DNA of 64,000 bases from Alphaproteobacteria bacterium. Its GTDB lineage: Bacteria > Pseudomonadota > Alphaproteobacteria > Rs-D84. Where the stretch lies: contig JAFXVM010000009.1 in NCBI GenBank assembly GCA_017524525.1, positions 3,421-67,420 of the forward strand, given 5' to 3'. Below are positions 1 through 8,947 of the stretch, in pieces. The number at the start of each line of letters is the position of its first letter. Positions within the stretch are counted from its first letter, which is position 1. The translations under genes and the position numbers were made by a program. The notes below the pieces were generated by a model. It was not told where the DNA came from. It saw only the letters and a program-made list of their open reading frames with translations, and ran no database searches.

Positions 1-241
1 ATTATATTTGATCGAAACTAACTTTTATGGTGGTGGCGGTTCAAAACTAAAATCTACAGCAGGTGAATATGCAAAAATTTATCAACAATGGTCTGAAGAT
101 GGTCACCAATTCATTTGGATTACTGATGGTCTAGGTTGGCAAACTGCCCAACGGCCATTGCACGATACGTTTAACACCACAGATTACATATTGAACATCG
201 CCATGGTGCAAAAAGGTGTGTTGGAAGAGTTATTAAAATAA
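1..241 (+). CDS. C-terminal fragment of a DpnII/MboI-like type II restriction endonuclease (5' end lies outside the window)
   Basis: The frame is open from the window edge to the stop at 239-241. The tail ETNFYGGGGSKLKSTAGEY...FIWITDGLGWQTA matches my recollection of the conserved C-terminal block of DpnII-family enzymes. This was not verified by search. Confidence 0.5.
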   Translation, partial: LYLIETNFYGGGGSKLKSTAGEYAKIYQQWSEDGHQFIWITDGLGWQTAQRPLHDTFNTTDYILNIAMVQKGVLEELLK

Positions 242-398
242 AAATTATATGATTTGTCGAAAATGTCTAATTATTGTGCCATCGCAGAACGTAGATATGC
301 ATGATAAATGCAAATAATTTATTCTTTCTCATCTTTCTTGCGATAATTGTATTTTATGTTATATTTCAGAATAAACAAACATATAAAAAGGCATTAGT

Positions 399-2402
399 AT
401 GCGTATCAGTACAATAAAAATTAGAAATTTTCGAAAATTAGAGAATGTCACGATAGACATTCATAATCAGACCACACTATTTATTGGTGCTAATAACAGT
501 GGTAAAACAAGTGCGATAACGGCTATAAAACTATTTTTGAGCAATGATAATAAATTTTTAACATATGATTTTAATTTAAAAAATCACTTAAAAATAAATG
601 AGTTGTTTGATGCAGATGCCGAACCAGACATACGAGCTTTTGATGATATTTTTCCAACAATGGATCTGTGGTTTCATGTTGAAGACGATGATATTTATCG
701 TGTTGGTCAGTTGTTGCCAACTTTAGATTGGGCTGGCGGAAATTTAGGAGTTAGATTACGTTATGAAATAAAGGACATTACCAAATTATTTGCCGAATAT
801 AAACAAGCACGTGAACGTATTAAAAATAAAGCTAAGATTTTCCCAAAACATATGATGGATTTTCTTTCAAAAAAATTATCTAACCATTTTATTTTGCGTT
901 ATTATTTGCTCGATCCTAACCATAAAGAAGACATACAACCACAAATATCACTAGGTGATCCTCTAGAGAATTCGCCACTAGATAATCTTATAAAAATCGA
1001 CATTATAAATGCTCAGCGTGGTATGAATGATGAAATTGCGGATACAGAACAAATCGAAAATAGAAAATTGTCTAACCTTTTAACGAGTTATTATTTTAAC
1101 CATTTGGATCCAAACAAAGGTGAGATATCCGATGACGATTTAAATGCAATAGAAAAACTTAATGAAGCCACTTCTAATTTTACCGAAATAATGGAAACAA
1201 GCTTTAAACCTGCACTGAACGAACTTTCAGGGATTGGGTATCCACCTTTTGGAACACCAAGTATTACCATAAATCCACAAATTAAAGCAGCTGACAGCAT
1301 AAATCATTCAAACGCATTGCAGTATAAAGCAGATGACAACTTATTTCTTCCAGAAAACTATAATGGGCTTGGATATCAGAATCTGATTTTTATGACCTTT
1401 AAGATGATTTGTTTTAGGGACTCTTGGCTTAAGTATGGCAAACAAAAAACTGAAGCTGATAAAATAGCGCCTATACACCTTGTACTTATAGAAGAACCAG
1501 AAGCTCACTTACATCCTCAAGCACAACAAGTTTTTATTAAAAAAGCTTACCAGGTTTTGACATCCAGAAAAGAAATAAATGACGGAAAATTAACAACACA
1601 AATGATTGTATCCACACATTCATCTCATATTGTACATGAATGCGACTTTGAACAGCTACGATATTTTAAACGTGATTTTACCGCAAAAATCCCCTCAACA
1701 AATGTTGTTAATTTAACAAATATCTTTGGCAGCGATTGGGAAACAAAGCGTTTCGTGACACGATATATAAAATTAAATCATTGTGATCTATTTTTTGCAG
1801 ATGCGGCTATCTTAATTGAAGGCGATGCAGAGCGTATTTTAATGCCGCATTTTATTTCCAAACATGAACACCTTACACAATCTTATATGTGTATCCTAGC
1901 AATAGGTGGAAGTCACGCATATAGATTAAGACCGCTAATAGAATCATTATGTATTCCAACACTGATTATAACAGATTTAGATCCTGTACAAGAAGATAGC
2001 GACAAAAAAAGAAGCGTAAGATTCCCCTCCAAACTCAATACCGGTCAAAAAACCTGTAATAACACACTAAAAACATGGATTCCGAAACAAGAAAGCATTG
2101 ATAAATTACTAAGCGCTACAGAACAAGACAAAGAAAGCAATGATACATTCCCATTAAAAGTAGTATATCAAACGACCGAAGGGGAACAAACATTTGAAGA
2201 CGCAATAAAAAACGAGAATCCGCATTTGTCTGATAAAATCAATGACAATCGTCCAAAAGCAGAAAATGCATTGAATCTATTATATATAGAAGAATTTGAA
2301 ACAGGCTTAAACACTCCACGCTACATTGAATCAGGGTTAATATGGTTGGATAATATCTTACAAAACAAACTTTTCAATGACAAGGAAGCTAAAAATGAAT
2401 AA
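399..2402 (+). CDS. gajA: OLD-family ATPase/TOPRIM nuclease, Gabija GajA-like
   Basis: 667 aa. Walker A is GANNSGKTS near the N-terminus and the Walker B/ABC-like block is LVLIEEPEAHLHPQAQ. The C-terminal TOPRIM shows ILIEGDAERIL (Glu) and LIITDLDP (DxD). It overlaps a UvrD-like helicase gene. Confidence 0.7.
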   Translation: MRISTIKIRNFRKLENVTIDIHNQTTLFIGANNSGKTSAITAIKLFLSNDNKFLTYDFNLKNHLKINELFDADAEPDIRAFDDIFPTMDLWFHVEDDDIYRVGQLLPTLDWAGGNLGVRLRYEIKDITKLFAEYKQARERIKNKAKIFPKHMMDFLSKKLSNHFILRYYLLDPNHKEDIQPQISLGDPLENSPLDNLIKIDIINAQRGMNDEIADTEQIENRKLSNLLTSYYFNHLDPNKGEISDDDLNAIEKLNEATSNFTEIMETSFKPALNELSGIGYPPFGTPSITINPQIKAADSINHSNALQYKADDNLFLPENYNGLGYQNLIFMTFKMICFRDSWLKYGKQKTEADKIAPIHLVLIEEPEAHLHPQAQQVFIKKAYQVLTSRKEINDGKLTTQMIVSTHSSHIVHECDFEQLRYFKRDFTAKIPSTNVVNLTNIFGSDWETKRFVTRYIKLNHCDLFFADAAILIEGDAERILMPHFISKHEHLTQSYMCILAIGGSHAYRLRPLIESLCIPTLIITDLDPVQEDSDKKRSVRFPSKLNTGQKTCNNTLKTWIPKQESIDKLLSATEQDKESNDTFPLKVVYQTTEGEQTFEDAIKNENPHLSDKINDNRPKAENALNLLYIEEFETGLNTPRYIESGLIWLDNILQNKLFNDKEAKNE

Positions 2403-4122
2403 TGAATATGAAAGAACAGAAGCTGATAAAATTATTGAAGAATGTCTTTCTTTACATAACCCCAAAAGTTTCTTTTTATTTGCTGGTGCTGGTTCCGGGA
2501 AAACGCGTTCTTTGGTAAACGCTTTACAATATATAAACAACACAATACGCGATCAATTGGTATTGCTTGACAAACATGTAGCCGTAATTACATTTACAAA
2601 TGCTGCAGCAGAAGAAATAAAAAACAGAACACAATATGATTCTTTGTTTACAATATCTACTATACATAGTTTTGTTTGGCAACTTATTAAGGGATTTGAT
2701 GTCGATATAAAAAAATGGTTGAAAGACTATCTGCAATCAAAAATAAACGAATATGATTCTAAGCCACACAAATCAGGCACAAAACTGGAAGCTAGTTATA
2801 ACAAACAATTAGAACGATTAAAACAATTAGAAACTATAAAACATTTTAATTATGATCCGGCTCCTGAGGCTGCTAATTCTGGGAAAGATAGCTTGAATCA
2901 CTCCGAGGTATTAAAGATATGCGCTCATTTTCTGACCAACAAACCTTTGTTTGCTAAAATGCTTGTTCAAAAATTTCCAATATTATTGATTGATGAAAGC
3001 CAAGATACTGACAAAAACCTAATGGAAGCTTTTTTATCAATACAAAATAAATTTGCAGATTGCTTTACATTAGGATTATTTGGAGATACAAAACAAAGAA
3101 TATATGCAACCGGAAAAGAGGATTTGGGGGATATAGATTGGTCTTCTCGTGGATTTAAAACCCCACAAAAACCGCAAAATCACCGATCTGGCAGCAGAAT
3201 TATAGAATTAGCGAATAAAATTGGTAGTTTGATAGATAAAACACCTACACAAAATCCTGTACCAGACAAAGGAGAAGGATGCGTACGACTATTTTTAGCA
3301 CCAACGAACACGAATAAATCTTTAACAGAAAGCCATGTAAAAGAACAAATGGCCTCTATAACAGGTGATAGTCTATGGAATAAAGAAAATTGGCAAGATA
3401 AAGAAGGTGCTACGTTAGTTTTAGAGCACAGAATGGCGGCGGTTCGTATGGGTTTTGTTGAGATGTGGGATGCCTTAAAAAACACAACAGAATTTGACAG
3501 TGTAAAATCCGGTACATCACAAGAAATAAATTTCTTTAAAAATTTCGTACTGCCTTTACTACAATCTAAAAATGCTTTTGACACAATGAAAATCACAAGA
3601 AAATATTATAAAAATTTATTCAAACAAATATGCAAAGAATCATTACGTTCTATATCAGAAGGCGTTTCAAGAATTAAAGCAGCGTATACAGAAAACCCAA
3701 ATATCACCTTTGGAGAGATGCTTGATGTTATTAAAACTTGCAGTATTTTTAATATTCCGCATAAGTACGATGATGAACCAGAAAATTTTGAGTTATTTTT
3801 TGACACAAAATTATCACAAATAATTCCTTATGCTAAGTATATAGACGGTTTATCAGAATTTAAAACGCACCATGGTGTAAAAGGATTGGAATTTAATAAT
3901 GTTATGGCGATAATAGACAATGATACAAAATGGAGAACTTATGATGAGACAAATTTCTTTATCACAGGTAGCGCTAACAAAGACACTCTGCGTCTTTTAT
4001 ATGTGATTTGTACACGTGCAAAACAAAATCTCGCTATAATATTATACACGGATACACCCAAAAATCAGTTAAATCAAAATTGGTTTAATGATGATGAAAT
4101 AATATCTCTATCTTCTTTCTGA
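2395..4122 (+). CDS. gajB: UvrD/PcrA/Rep-like superfamily-1 helicase, Gabija GajB-like
   Basis: Motifs seen are Walker A FAGAGSGKTRSL, Walker B LLIDESQDTD, and C-terminal HHGVKGLEFNNV and LLYVICTRAKQNL. I prefer the ATG at 2395, which has AAGGAAG upstream and forms an ATGAATAA overlap with the gajA stop. The ORF track start is 2377. Confidence 0.7.
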   Translation: MNNEYERTEADKIIEECLSLHNPKSFFLFAGAGSGKTRSLVNALQYINNTIRDQLVLLDKHVAVITFTNAAAEEIKNRTQYDSLFTISTIHSFVWQLIKGFDVDIKKWLKDYLQSKINEYDSKPHKSGTKLEASYNKQLERLKQLETIKHFNYDPAPEAANSGKDSLNHSEVLKICAHFLTNKPLFAKMLVQKFPILLIDESQDTDKNLMEAFLSIQNKFADCFTLGLFGDTKQRIYATGKEDLGDIDWSSRGFKTPQKPQNHRSGSRIIELANKIGSLIDKTPTQNPVPDKGEGCVRLFLAPTNTNKSLTESHVKEQMASITGDSLWNKENWQDKEGATLVLEHRMAAVRMGFVEMWDALKNTTEFDSVKSGTSQEINFFKNFVLPLLQSKNAFDTMKITRKYYKNLFKQICKESLRSISEGVSRIKAAYTENPNITFGEMLDVIKTCSIFNIPHKYDDEPENFELFFDTKLSQIIPYAKYIDGLSEFKTHHGVKGLEFNNVMAIIDNDTKWRTYDETNFFITGSANKDTLRLLYVICTRAKQNLAIILYTDTPKNQLNQNWFNDDEIISLSSF

Positions 4123-4125
4123 TTG

Positions 4126-4977
4126 TTATTGTTTTTTAGATGCTGGTGTCAAACCTTCCGTGGCAAGCGGTTTTGAATTCAAAATATGATCACCATGTTG
4201 TTCTAACACTTGGCAGACTCCAAGTAATGCCATTAAAACGGTGACCAGAGTAACCCACCTTGTATCTTCTGGTGTGTCTTCTGCAAAAGATTGGCTTGTT
4301 GCAAAACATTTTCTAACACAGTAAGTAGTAAAATGTTTGAATCCACAGAACAACTGGTAATTTTCATAATTTACATCTGTATTGTTATAATATTCTGCTA
4401 ATGCAGGAACATCTTTAATTTGATCCAAAACATCATCAAAATAATCACCAGATATATTTTGTATGGTGTTTCCATACCATTTTTTGTTATAACTATTTCT
4501 ATCTAACAAGTCAGAATCTTTGGTATTTTTCCGCAAAAAACGCTCACAATGGTTTTGTTTTATCATTTCCAAAACCCTATCTTTACGTTCCGGATGTACC
4601 CGCAACATGTCTATCTGTTCAACATAACCAAAATCTATATAATCTGCACCATTTGTATCAAAATGCTTATTTAACCACAATAACTGTATCTCACCTTCTA
4701 TTATTTGACACGCAAGAGAACACGCCACAAAAACTCTATCATTTAACAATGCATCATAAACCTCTGCCGCCAAAGATACAATCGCGGCGGTCAAACTATG
4801 AATAGCCATCAAACCTTTATCTTGTGTTGCTTGGGGTTTAAACTGTTCCATGGTGCGAACCATCATCCTTAACTTTTTCATCAAGGTATCTATATCATCG
4901 TTTTTTAATGGGTGTTGTAAAGGAAATTCTTTGTTTAACAATATATGCTCGTTTTTAATTATAAAAGAAAAGTGCAC
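4126..4977 (-). CDS. Hypothetical 283-aa helical protein, third gene of a three-gene operon
   Basis: Long ORF with a GTG start, 15 nt after the preceding gene. Its stop is only 3 nt from the convergent gajB stop. No catalytic motif recognised. There is a loose resemblance to DUF5677-type proteins (ACSLACQIIEGEIQLLWL ... YQLFCGFKHF), from memory only. Confidence 0.65.
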   Translation of the reverse strand: MHFSFIIKNEHILLNKEFPLQHPLKNDDIDTLMKKLRMMVRTMEQFKPQATQDKGLMAIHSLTAAIVSLAAEVYDALLNDRVFVACSLACQIIEGEIQLLWLNKHFDTNGADYIDFGYVEQIDMLRVHPERKDRVLEMIKQNHCERFLRKNTKDSDLLDRNSYNKKWYGNTIQNISGDYFDDVLDQIKDVPALAEYYNNTDVNYENYQLFCGFKHFTTYCVRKCFATSQSFAEDTPEDTRWVTLVTVLMALLGVCQVLEQHGDHILNSKPLATEGLTPASKKQ

Positions 4978-4992
4978 AATGTCACTTTCATA

Positions 4993-5385
4993 TCATTTCT
5001 GTAATTTTGACAAAATATTTAATAATTCATTCAGAGATCTTTGTAATTTTCCTTTAAAATCTTGTGGAGATTGTCCATATGGGATGTGTATCGGGTTTAA
5101 TCCCGGAGTGATGTGGTTATATACATCATGTAAATGCAAAGAATATGCACTAAAATAACTACTTCCAAGCATCGTATCAGATATATAAAAATCTGACGAA
5201 TAATGCGTTCCGTACGCTTCATCCACTAATTCAAGAACGGTTTTTGCATATTTTTTCCAAGAATTCAGCAATTCTTCGTTAATATAATCACTAGCTAACA
5301 AATCAACACCTTTAGAAACCACTTCAAACAGTTTGTTCCTTGCCAAATTTTTATTGTCGCCAAAATCAAAAACATGTTTTAACAT
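4993..5385 (-). CDS. Hypothetical 130-aa soluble protein, middle gene of the operon
   Basis: Its ATG shares one nucleotide with the upstream gene's TAA (TAATG on the minus strand, 5383-5387), which implies translational coupling. No recognisable domain. Confidence 0.6.
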   Translation of the reverse strand: MLKHVFDFGDNKNLARNKLFEVVSKGVDLLASDYINEELLNSWKKYAKTVLELVDEAYGTHYSSDFYISDTMLGSSYFSAYSLHLHDVYNHITPGLNPIHIPYGQSPQDFKGKLQRSLNELLNILSKLQK

Positions 5386-5777
5386 TATTTACCCTCACCC
5401 TTCTTGAGAGCCAAATTCTTTTTGGCTTGTTTAAGTTTTTCTTCAAATTCCTGTTTAGAACTATCCGCTTTATTTAATTCCAGAGTTCCCAATTGGCAGC
5501 CCACTGTTTTTATAAATGGTTTCATTATCATAAAAACCCATACAATAAAAATTAACGCATAGCCATTAAACGGAACAAAAACCATTGCCTGCCCCCAATG
5601 GTTATACAAATACACAGTCGTTATCACAAACCAAACCGTATGCCAAAAATTTAATCTGCTACTAAAACACGGTACAAATAACAAGGCTATATAATAAGCC
5701 AAATTAAAAACCATGCGCCATACGAATAATAGCACATTTTTTATAAACATCTTAAAACCAAATAACACATGTTTCAT
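5385..5777 (-). CDS. Small membrane protein (about 3 TM helices plus a Lys/Glu-rich tail), first gene of the operon
   Basis: Hydrophobic stretches are VLLFVWRMVFNLAYYIALLFV, HTVWFVITTVYLY and AMVFVPFNGYALIFIVWVFMIM. The C-terminus is charged (KQEFEEKLKQAKKNLALKKGEGK). Confidence 0.6.
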   Translation of the reverse strand: MKHVLFGFKMFIKNVLLFVWRMVFNLAYYIALLFVPCFSSRLNFWHTVWFVITTVYLYNHWGQAMVFVPFNGYALIFIVWVFMIMKPFIKTVGCQLGTLELNKADSSKQEFEEKLKQAKKNLALKKGEGK

Positions 5778-5884
5778 AATGAGGATAGTATATAATCATT
5801 GAACAAAAATCAATCAGATAATCAACTATTTTCAAAACGTAAGTCACGGACTGAATTTATAAAAAGTTTGCGAATAAAAAAAAT

Positions 5885-6258
5885 CAAAATTATACATTCG
5901 TTATATTTGTAATTTTGCATGAATTTATACATGGCATATATATTTTTGGATTATACAGTTGCTATACGCGATGTTATACGGATTTGGTGAAATTTTATAC
6001 AACCATGAAATTTTTATGTTGTTATACAAGTGTATAAAAATGTATCGCACAGTATCCCAATTTTTCGGGTTTTATCCAAAATTCATACAAGGCAAAAAAT
6101 CGCATAAAAATCAAACGGAAAAATTTAAAACAAAATTACGGAAAATTCGCTAAAACCCACGGAAAACATTGGATATATTTGCATTATGCTCCAACAAAAT
6201 ACAATCGCAAAATTATACATTTGTTATACCGCTATTTTTACTTATACAAAAATTATAC
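5885..6258 (+). repeat. Array of TTATAC(A) iteron-like or arm-site-like repeats in a non-coding spacer
   Basis: I counted ten exact direct TTATAC copies, starting at 5890, 5925, 5951, 5974, 5995, 6022, 6213, 6224, 6242 and 6253. There is one inverted copy (GTATAA at 6032, forming TTATACAAGTGTATAA) plus variants. A 21-bp unit caaaattatacattYgttata occurs twice (5885-5905 and 6208-6228). Confidence 0.75.
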
Positions 6259-6329
6259 GAAAAATCGGCTGTAAGCCACGCTCACAGCGGACTTAAAAAA
6301 TACACTATATTCAATTACTTATCTCTGTT

Positions 6330-6369
6330 AATCCGTATGTCACTGGTTCGAGTCCAGTTGCCCGAGCCA
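6330..6369 (+). pseudogene. Orphan 3' end of a tRNA (T-arm, acceptor 3' strand and CCA), a likely att-site remnant
   Basis: The sequence ...gtcACTGGTTCGAGTCCAGTTGCCCGAGCCA shows a canonical T-stem/loop (ACTGG-TTCGAGT-CCAGT), a 7-nt acceptor strand, G73 and CCA. No matching 5' acceptor strand (TCGGGCA), D-arm or anticodon arm lies upstream. An inferred U1:A72 pair plus G73 would fit a tRNA-Gln-like identity, but this is a weak call. Confidence 0.55.
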
Positions 6370-6378
6370 AGGAATTCC

Positions 6379-6409
6379 GCCGCAAATCCCGCAGGTTTGC
6401 GGCATTTTT
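6379..6409 (+). terminator. Rho-independent terminator directly after the tRNA remnant
   Basis: An 8-bp stem gccgcaaa/tttgcggc with a 9-nt loop is followed by attttt. Confidence 0.55.
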
Positions 6410-6613
6410 CTTAAATTAACACTTCTGTATTTACGCATACCACGATACACCAAAATACGCCATAAAACACCCCTCTGGCTACACAATAGCTACACAGAAT
6501 CCGCAACCTATTCGTTGTCTTGTGAATTATTTATGCTTTTTCAACCCATAAAATTGTCTACATATTTTGAACATAATGCAGATAAATTTTGTGAACCACA
6601 AAACAAAACCCAA

Positions 6614-7216
6614 CTATTTTATGTTTTGTTTCTGGTTTTTAGACACTTGTTTTATTACACTTTCTATTGCCTTAAAATTTTGTTCAGCGTCTTTTACAAA
6701 AGGTATAGAAACTAAACCACCCAGAGCAAACAAGGTAATATCCGAATAGCCACATACTTTGCCTAACAAACTTCGATGCAATTCTACATTATTTATATCC
6801 TTGATATATAATTTATCATAAGCCGTGTAAGTAAAGCCCCTTTTAACAACAATACAGTCTTTTTCAATATAGGCTTTTGTCCAACATGAATCAAAACAAT
6901 GTACAACATCACGTAAAGAATATAACAAAGGTAACAAGAATACAGAATACAAAAAACTGGTATCAAAATTACTTTCTGTAAAAAACCACTCTTGTGAAGC
7001 CAGCAACTCTCCTATTTTATTAAAAAACCAAAATAGTCCACAGAACAAAACTATCCTGAAACCAATACGCAAAAAATTCTCTAGTATAGGCCAATTGCTT
7101 ATTGTAAGCGGCTCGGTTGATGTTGGAATTTTAAATAATTTATCAATATTATTTTGTTTGTTTTTGTTTAACATTTTATCTAATTTCATTGTGCCTTGCG
7201 TTATTTTCATAATCAA
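6614..7216 (-). CDS. Membrane protein with a bacterial PH (bPH/YdbS-YdbT-like) domain
   Basis: N-terminal TM segments (FRIVLFCGLFWFF, SVFLLPLLY) precede VVKRGFTYTAYDKLYIKDINNVELHRSLLGKVCGYSDITLFALGG, which resembles the bPH_2 pattern. Confidence 0.55.
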   Translation of the reverse strand: MIMKITQGTMKLDKMLNKNKQNNIDKLFKIPTSTEPLTISNWPILENFLRIGFRIVLFCGLFWFFNKIGELLASQEWFFTESNFDTSFLYSVFLLPLLYSLRDVVHCFDSCWTKAYIEKDCIVVKRGFTYTAYDKLYIKDINNVELHRSLLGKVCGYSDITLFALGGLVSIPFVKDAEQNFKAIESVIKQVSKNQKQNIK

Positions 7217-7466
7217 AAAGCTCTACAGCATCTTTAAAGGCCTTGAAACGTTCTTCTGGGGATACGTATTCTCCACGAACGATTTTCACCAATACTTTTG
7301 CAACTGATTCACATTTTATCACATATTCATTTATGTTCCTTTTACCACAAAAATAGCAAAAAAATCCAACAAAAACAACAAGAAACTCATAGCGATTTTT
7401 CTGAATAAACAACTGGACATTTGGCAATAAATACGGACAAATACGACAACCTTAAAAGGATTGTCT

Positions 7467-7676
7467 ATGAAATATCAACATTATGGCGATATTTGCCCCA
7501 ACCATCGCACAGATTTTGTTATGCTATACTTTGCTGCATGTCGATCTTTACGCGAGCTACAGGCCGCTATTCGCCGAACAAACGGTGGTAATTTGGCATG
7601 TCGCCAGGCATGGCTTCTTCGCCGCATCCAGCGCAAATTGACACAGATGGTTGCTTTGTGGAAACAGAAAATATGA
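7467..7676 (+). CDS. Small (69 aa) Arg-rich hypothetical protein upstream of the methyltransferase
   Basis: The ATG is preceded by AAAGGA at a 6-nt spacing. The segment is locally GC-richer than its surroundings. No recognised motif, and it could be a gene remnant. Confidence 0.35.
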   Translation: MKYQHYGDICPNHRTDFVMLYFAACRSLRELQAAIRRTNGGNLACRQAWLLRRIQRKLTQMVALWKQKI

Positions 7677-7746
7677 ATAAAATACATATTTTTCATATTG
7701 AAAAAATTACGTTTTTTTGTTAAAGATATGCACAGGAGAAAATTGT

Positions 7747-8946
7747 ATGGAATATATTGGTAACAAGTCTGTTGAAGATATATTTTGTGTGTATAATGCA
7801 CTAAACACAGATCAGAGTCATTTTACTTCCAGAGATGACATTTGTACTCCTATGGAATGCGTAAAGACTATGGTAGATTATATTCCAGAAGAACTATGGA
7901 AAAGAAAAAGCCTCAAGATCTTAGATGCGTGTTGTGGCAATGGGAATTTTGGCGCATATTGTCAATTCAAAACAGATATAAACAATATATATTTTAATGA
8001 TATTAACGATAAAAGATTGCAAAATTGTAAAACATTATTAAATCCAGCACATGTTATGAAAATGGACATTTTATCCATGCTTGACTATGGTCAATGGGAC
8101 TTAATAATGGCAAATCCTCCTTATTCCGGTGGTGGCAATAAAAACCAAAGCATATCAAACGATATTATCCGTCATTGTATAACATTATTGAAGAAAGACG
8201 GTTATTTATGTTTTGTTACCCCAAATAATTGGATGACTTATAATTCTAATAATGAAACCTTGAAAGATTTACTGTCACAGGGGCATTTTATTGTTATAGA
8301 TAATGATGCAAAAAAGTATTTTCCTACTGTTGGTTCTTCGTTCACGATATTTGTATGGCAAAAAAACAACGAAACAGTACCTACTTTAGTAAAAAATAAT
8401 TTTTTATGTAAAGATGAACAATACGTATTGATTCCAAAAGACCTTAAATTTATACCATTATATTTGTCCCAGGACGTAATAAATATTATTACAAAGGTAA
8501 TGTCACCAGATAGAAATTGTTTTGATTATAGATGCGATTTGCATAACTTTACGCAAAAAAATAAGTTAAGCGACACTCAAGATTCTATTTTCAAATATAA
8601 GACTATTCATACCGCCAGAAAAACCCGTTTTGCTAATATGAAGCAAGACATATATGATAAATGGATCATTGTAGTTCCACTTTCTACATACTTTATACCT
8701 TACGTTTGTCATAATGTAAATGTCACTCAATCTGTGGGCTACATCGCCTTTGATACGCAACAGGCAGCTCAAGATTTTCTAAAAATAATGAAACAAAACT
8801 GGCTTAAACTCATAGTGCATATCACTAGATATGGCAACTTCAATAACATCATGGTATTAAGGTATATTAACTTTAACTACCACGAACCATTCAGCGAAGA
8901 GGAACAAAATACCATTGATAATTTAATCAAATGGATTAAATACTAA
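7747..8946 (+). CDS. N6-adenine DNA methyltransferase, gamma-class (TaqI/Eco57I-like motif order)
   Basis: The TPxxxV target/AdoMet region is DICTPMECVKTMVDYIP. Motif I is LDACCGNGNFG and motif IV is MANPPYSGG. The ATG at 7747 has AGGAGA upstream. Confidence 0.8.
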   Translation: MEYIGNKSVEDIFCVYNALNTDQSHFTSRDDICTPMECVKTMVDYIPEELWKRKSLKILDACCGNGNFGAYCQFKTDINNIYFNDINDKRLQNCKTLLNPAHVMKMDILSMLDYGQWDLIMANPPYSGGGNKNQSISNDIIRHCITLLKKDGYLCFVTPNNWMTYNSNNETLKDLLSQGHFIVIDNDAKKYFPTVGSSFTIFVWQKNNETVPTLVKNNFLCKDEQYVLIPKDLKFIPLYLSQDVINIITKVMSPDRNCFDYRCDLHNFTQKNKLSDTQDSIFKYKTIHTARKTRFANMKQDIYDKWIIVVPLSTYFIPYVCHNVNVTQSVGYIAFDTQQAAQDFLKIMKQNWLKLIVHITRYGNFNNIMVLRYINFNYHEPFSEEEQNTIDNLIKWIKY

Positions 8947-8947
8947 G

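Noticed and set aside
5885-6258. Possibility that the TTATAC array is a CRISPR array or a chromosomal oriC
   Set aside because: The repeats are only 6-21 bp, irregularly spaced and lack uniform spacers, so this is not a CRISPR array. No dnaA or other origin-linked genes are nearby, and only one weak DnaA-box-like site (ttatccaaa) is present, so oriC is unsupported.
6265-6369. Attempt to fold a complete tRNA ending at the CCA at 6369
   Set aside because: The only upstream candidate for the 5' acceptor strand (tcggctg at 6265) pairs poorly with tgcccga and would give a 105-nt molecule without recognisable D or anticodon arms. Only the 3' part, about 40 nt, is tRNA-like.
5959-6414. ORFs 5959-6153 and 6169-6414 in the repeat-rich spacer
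   Set aside because: They are built from the TTATAC repeat array and run through the tRNA remnant and its terminator. They have no RBS and an implausible composition, so I treat the region as non-coding.
7176-7427. 83-aa minus-strand ORF overlapping the start of the bPH membrane protein gene
   Set aside because: It overlaps the neighbouring gene by 41 nt, has no convincing RBS and has no recognisable motif. It could be real or part of a frameshifted longer gene, but the evidence is too thin to call.
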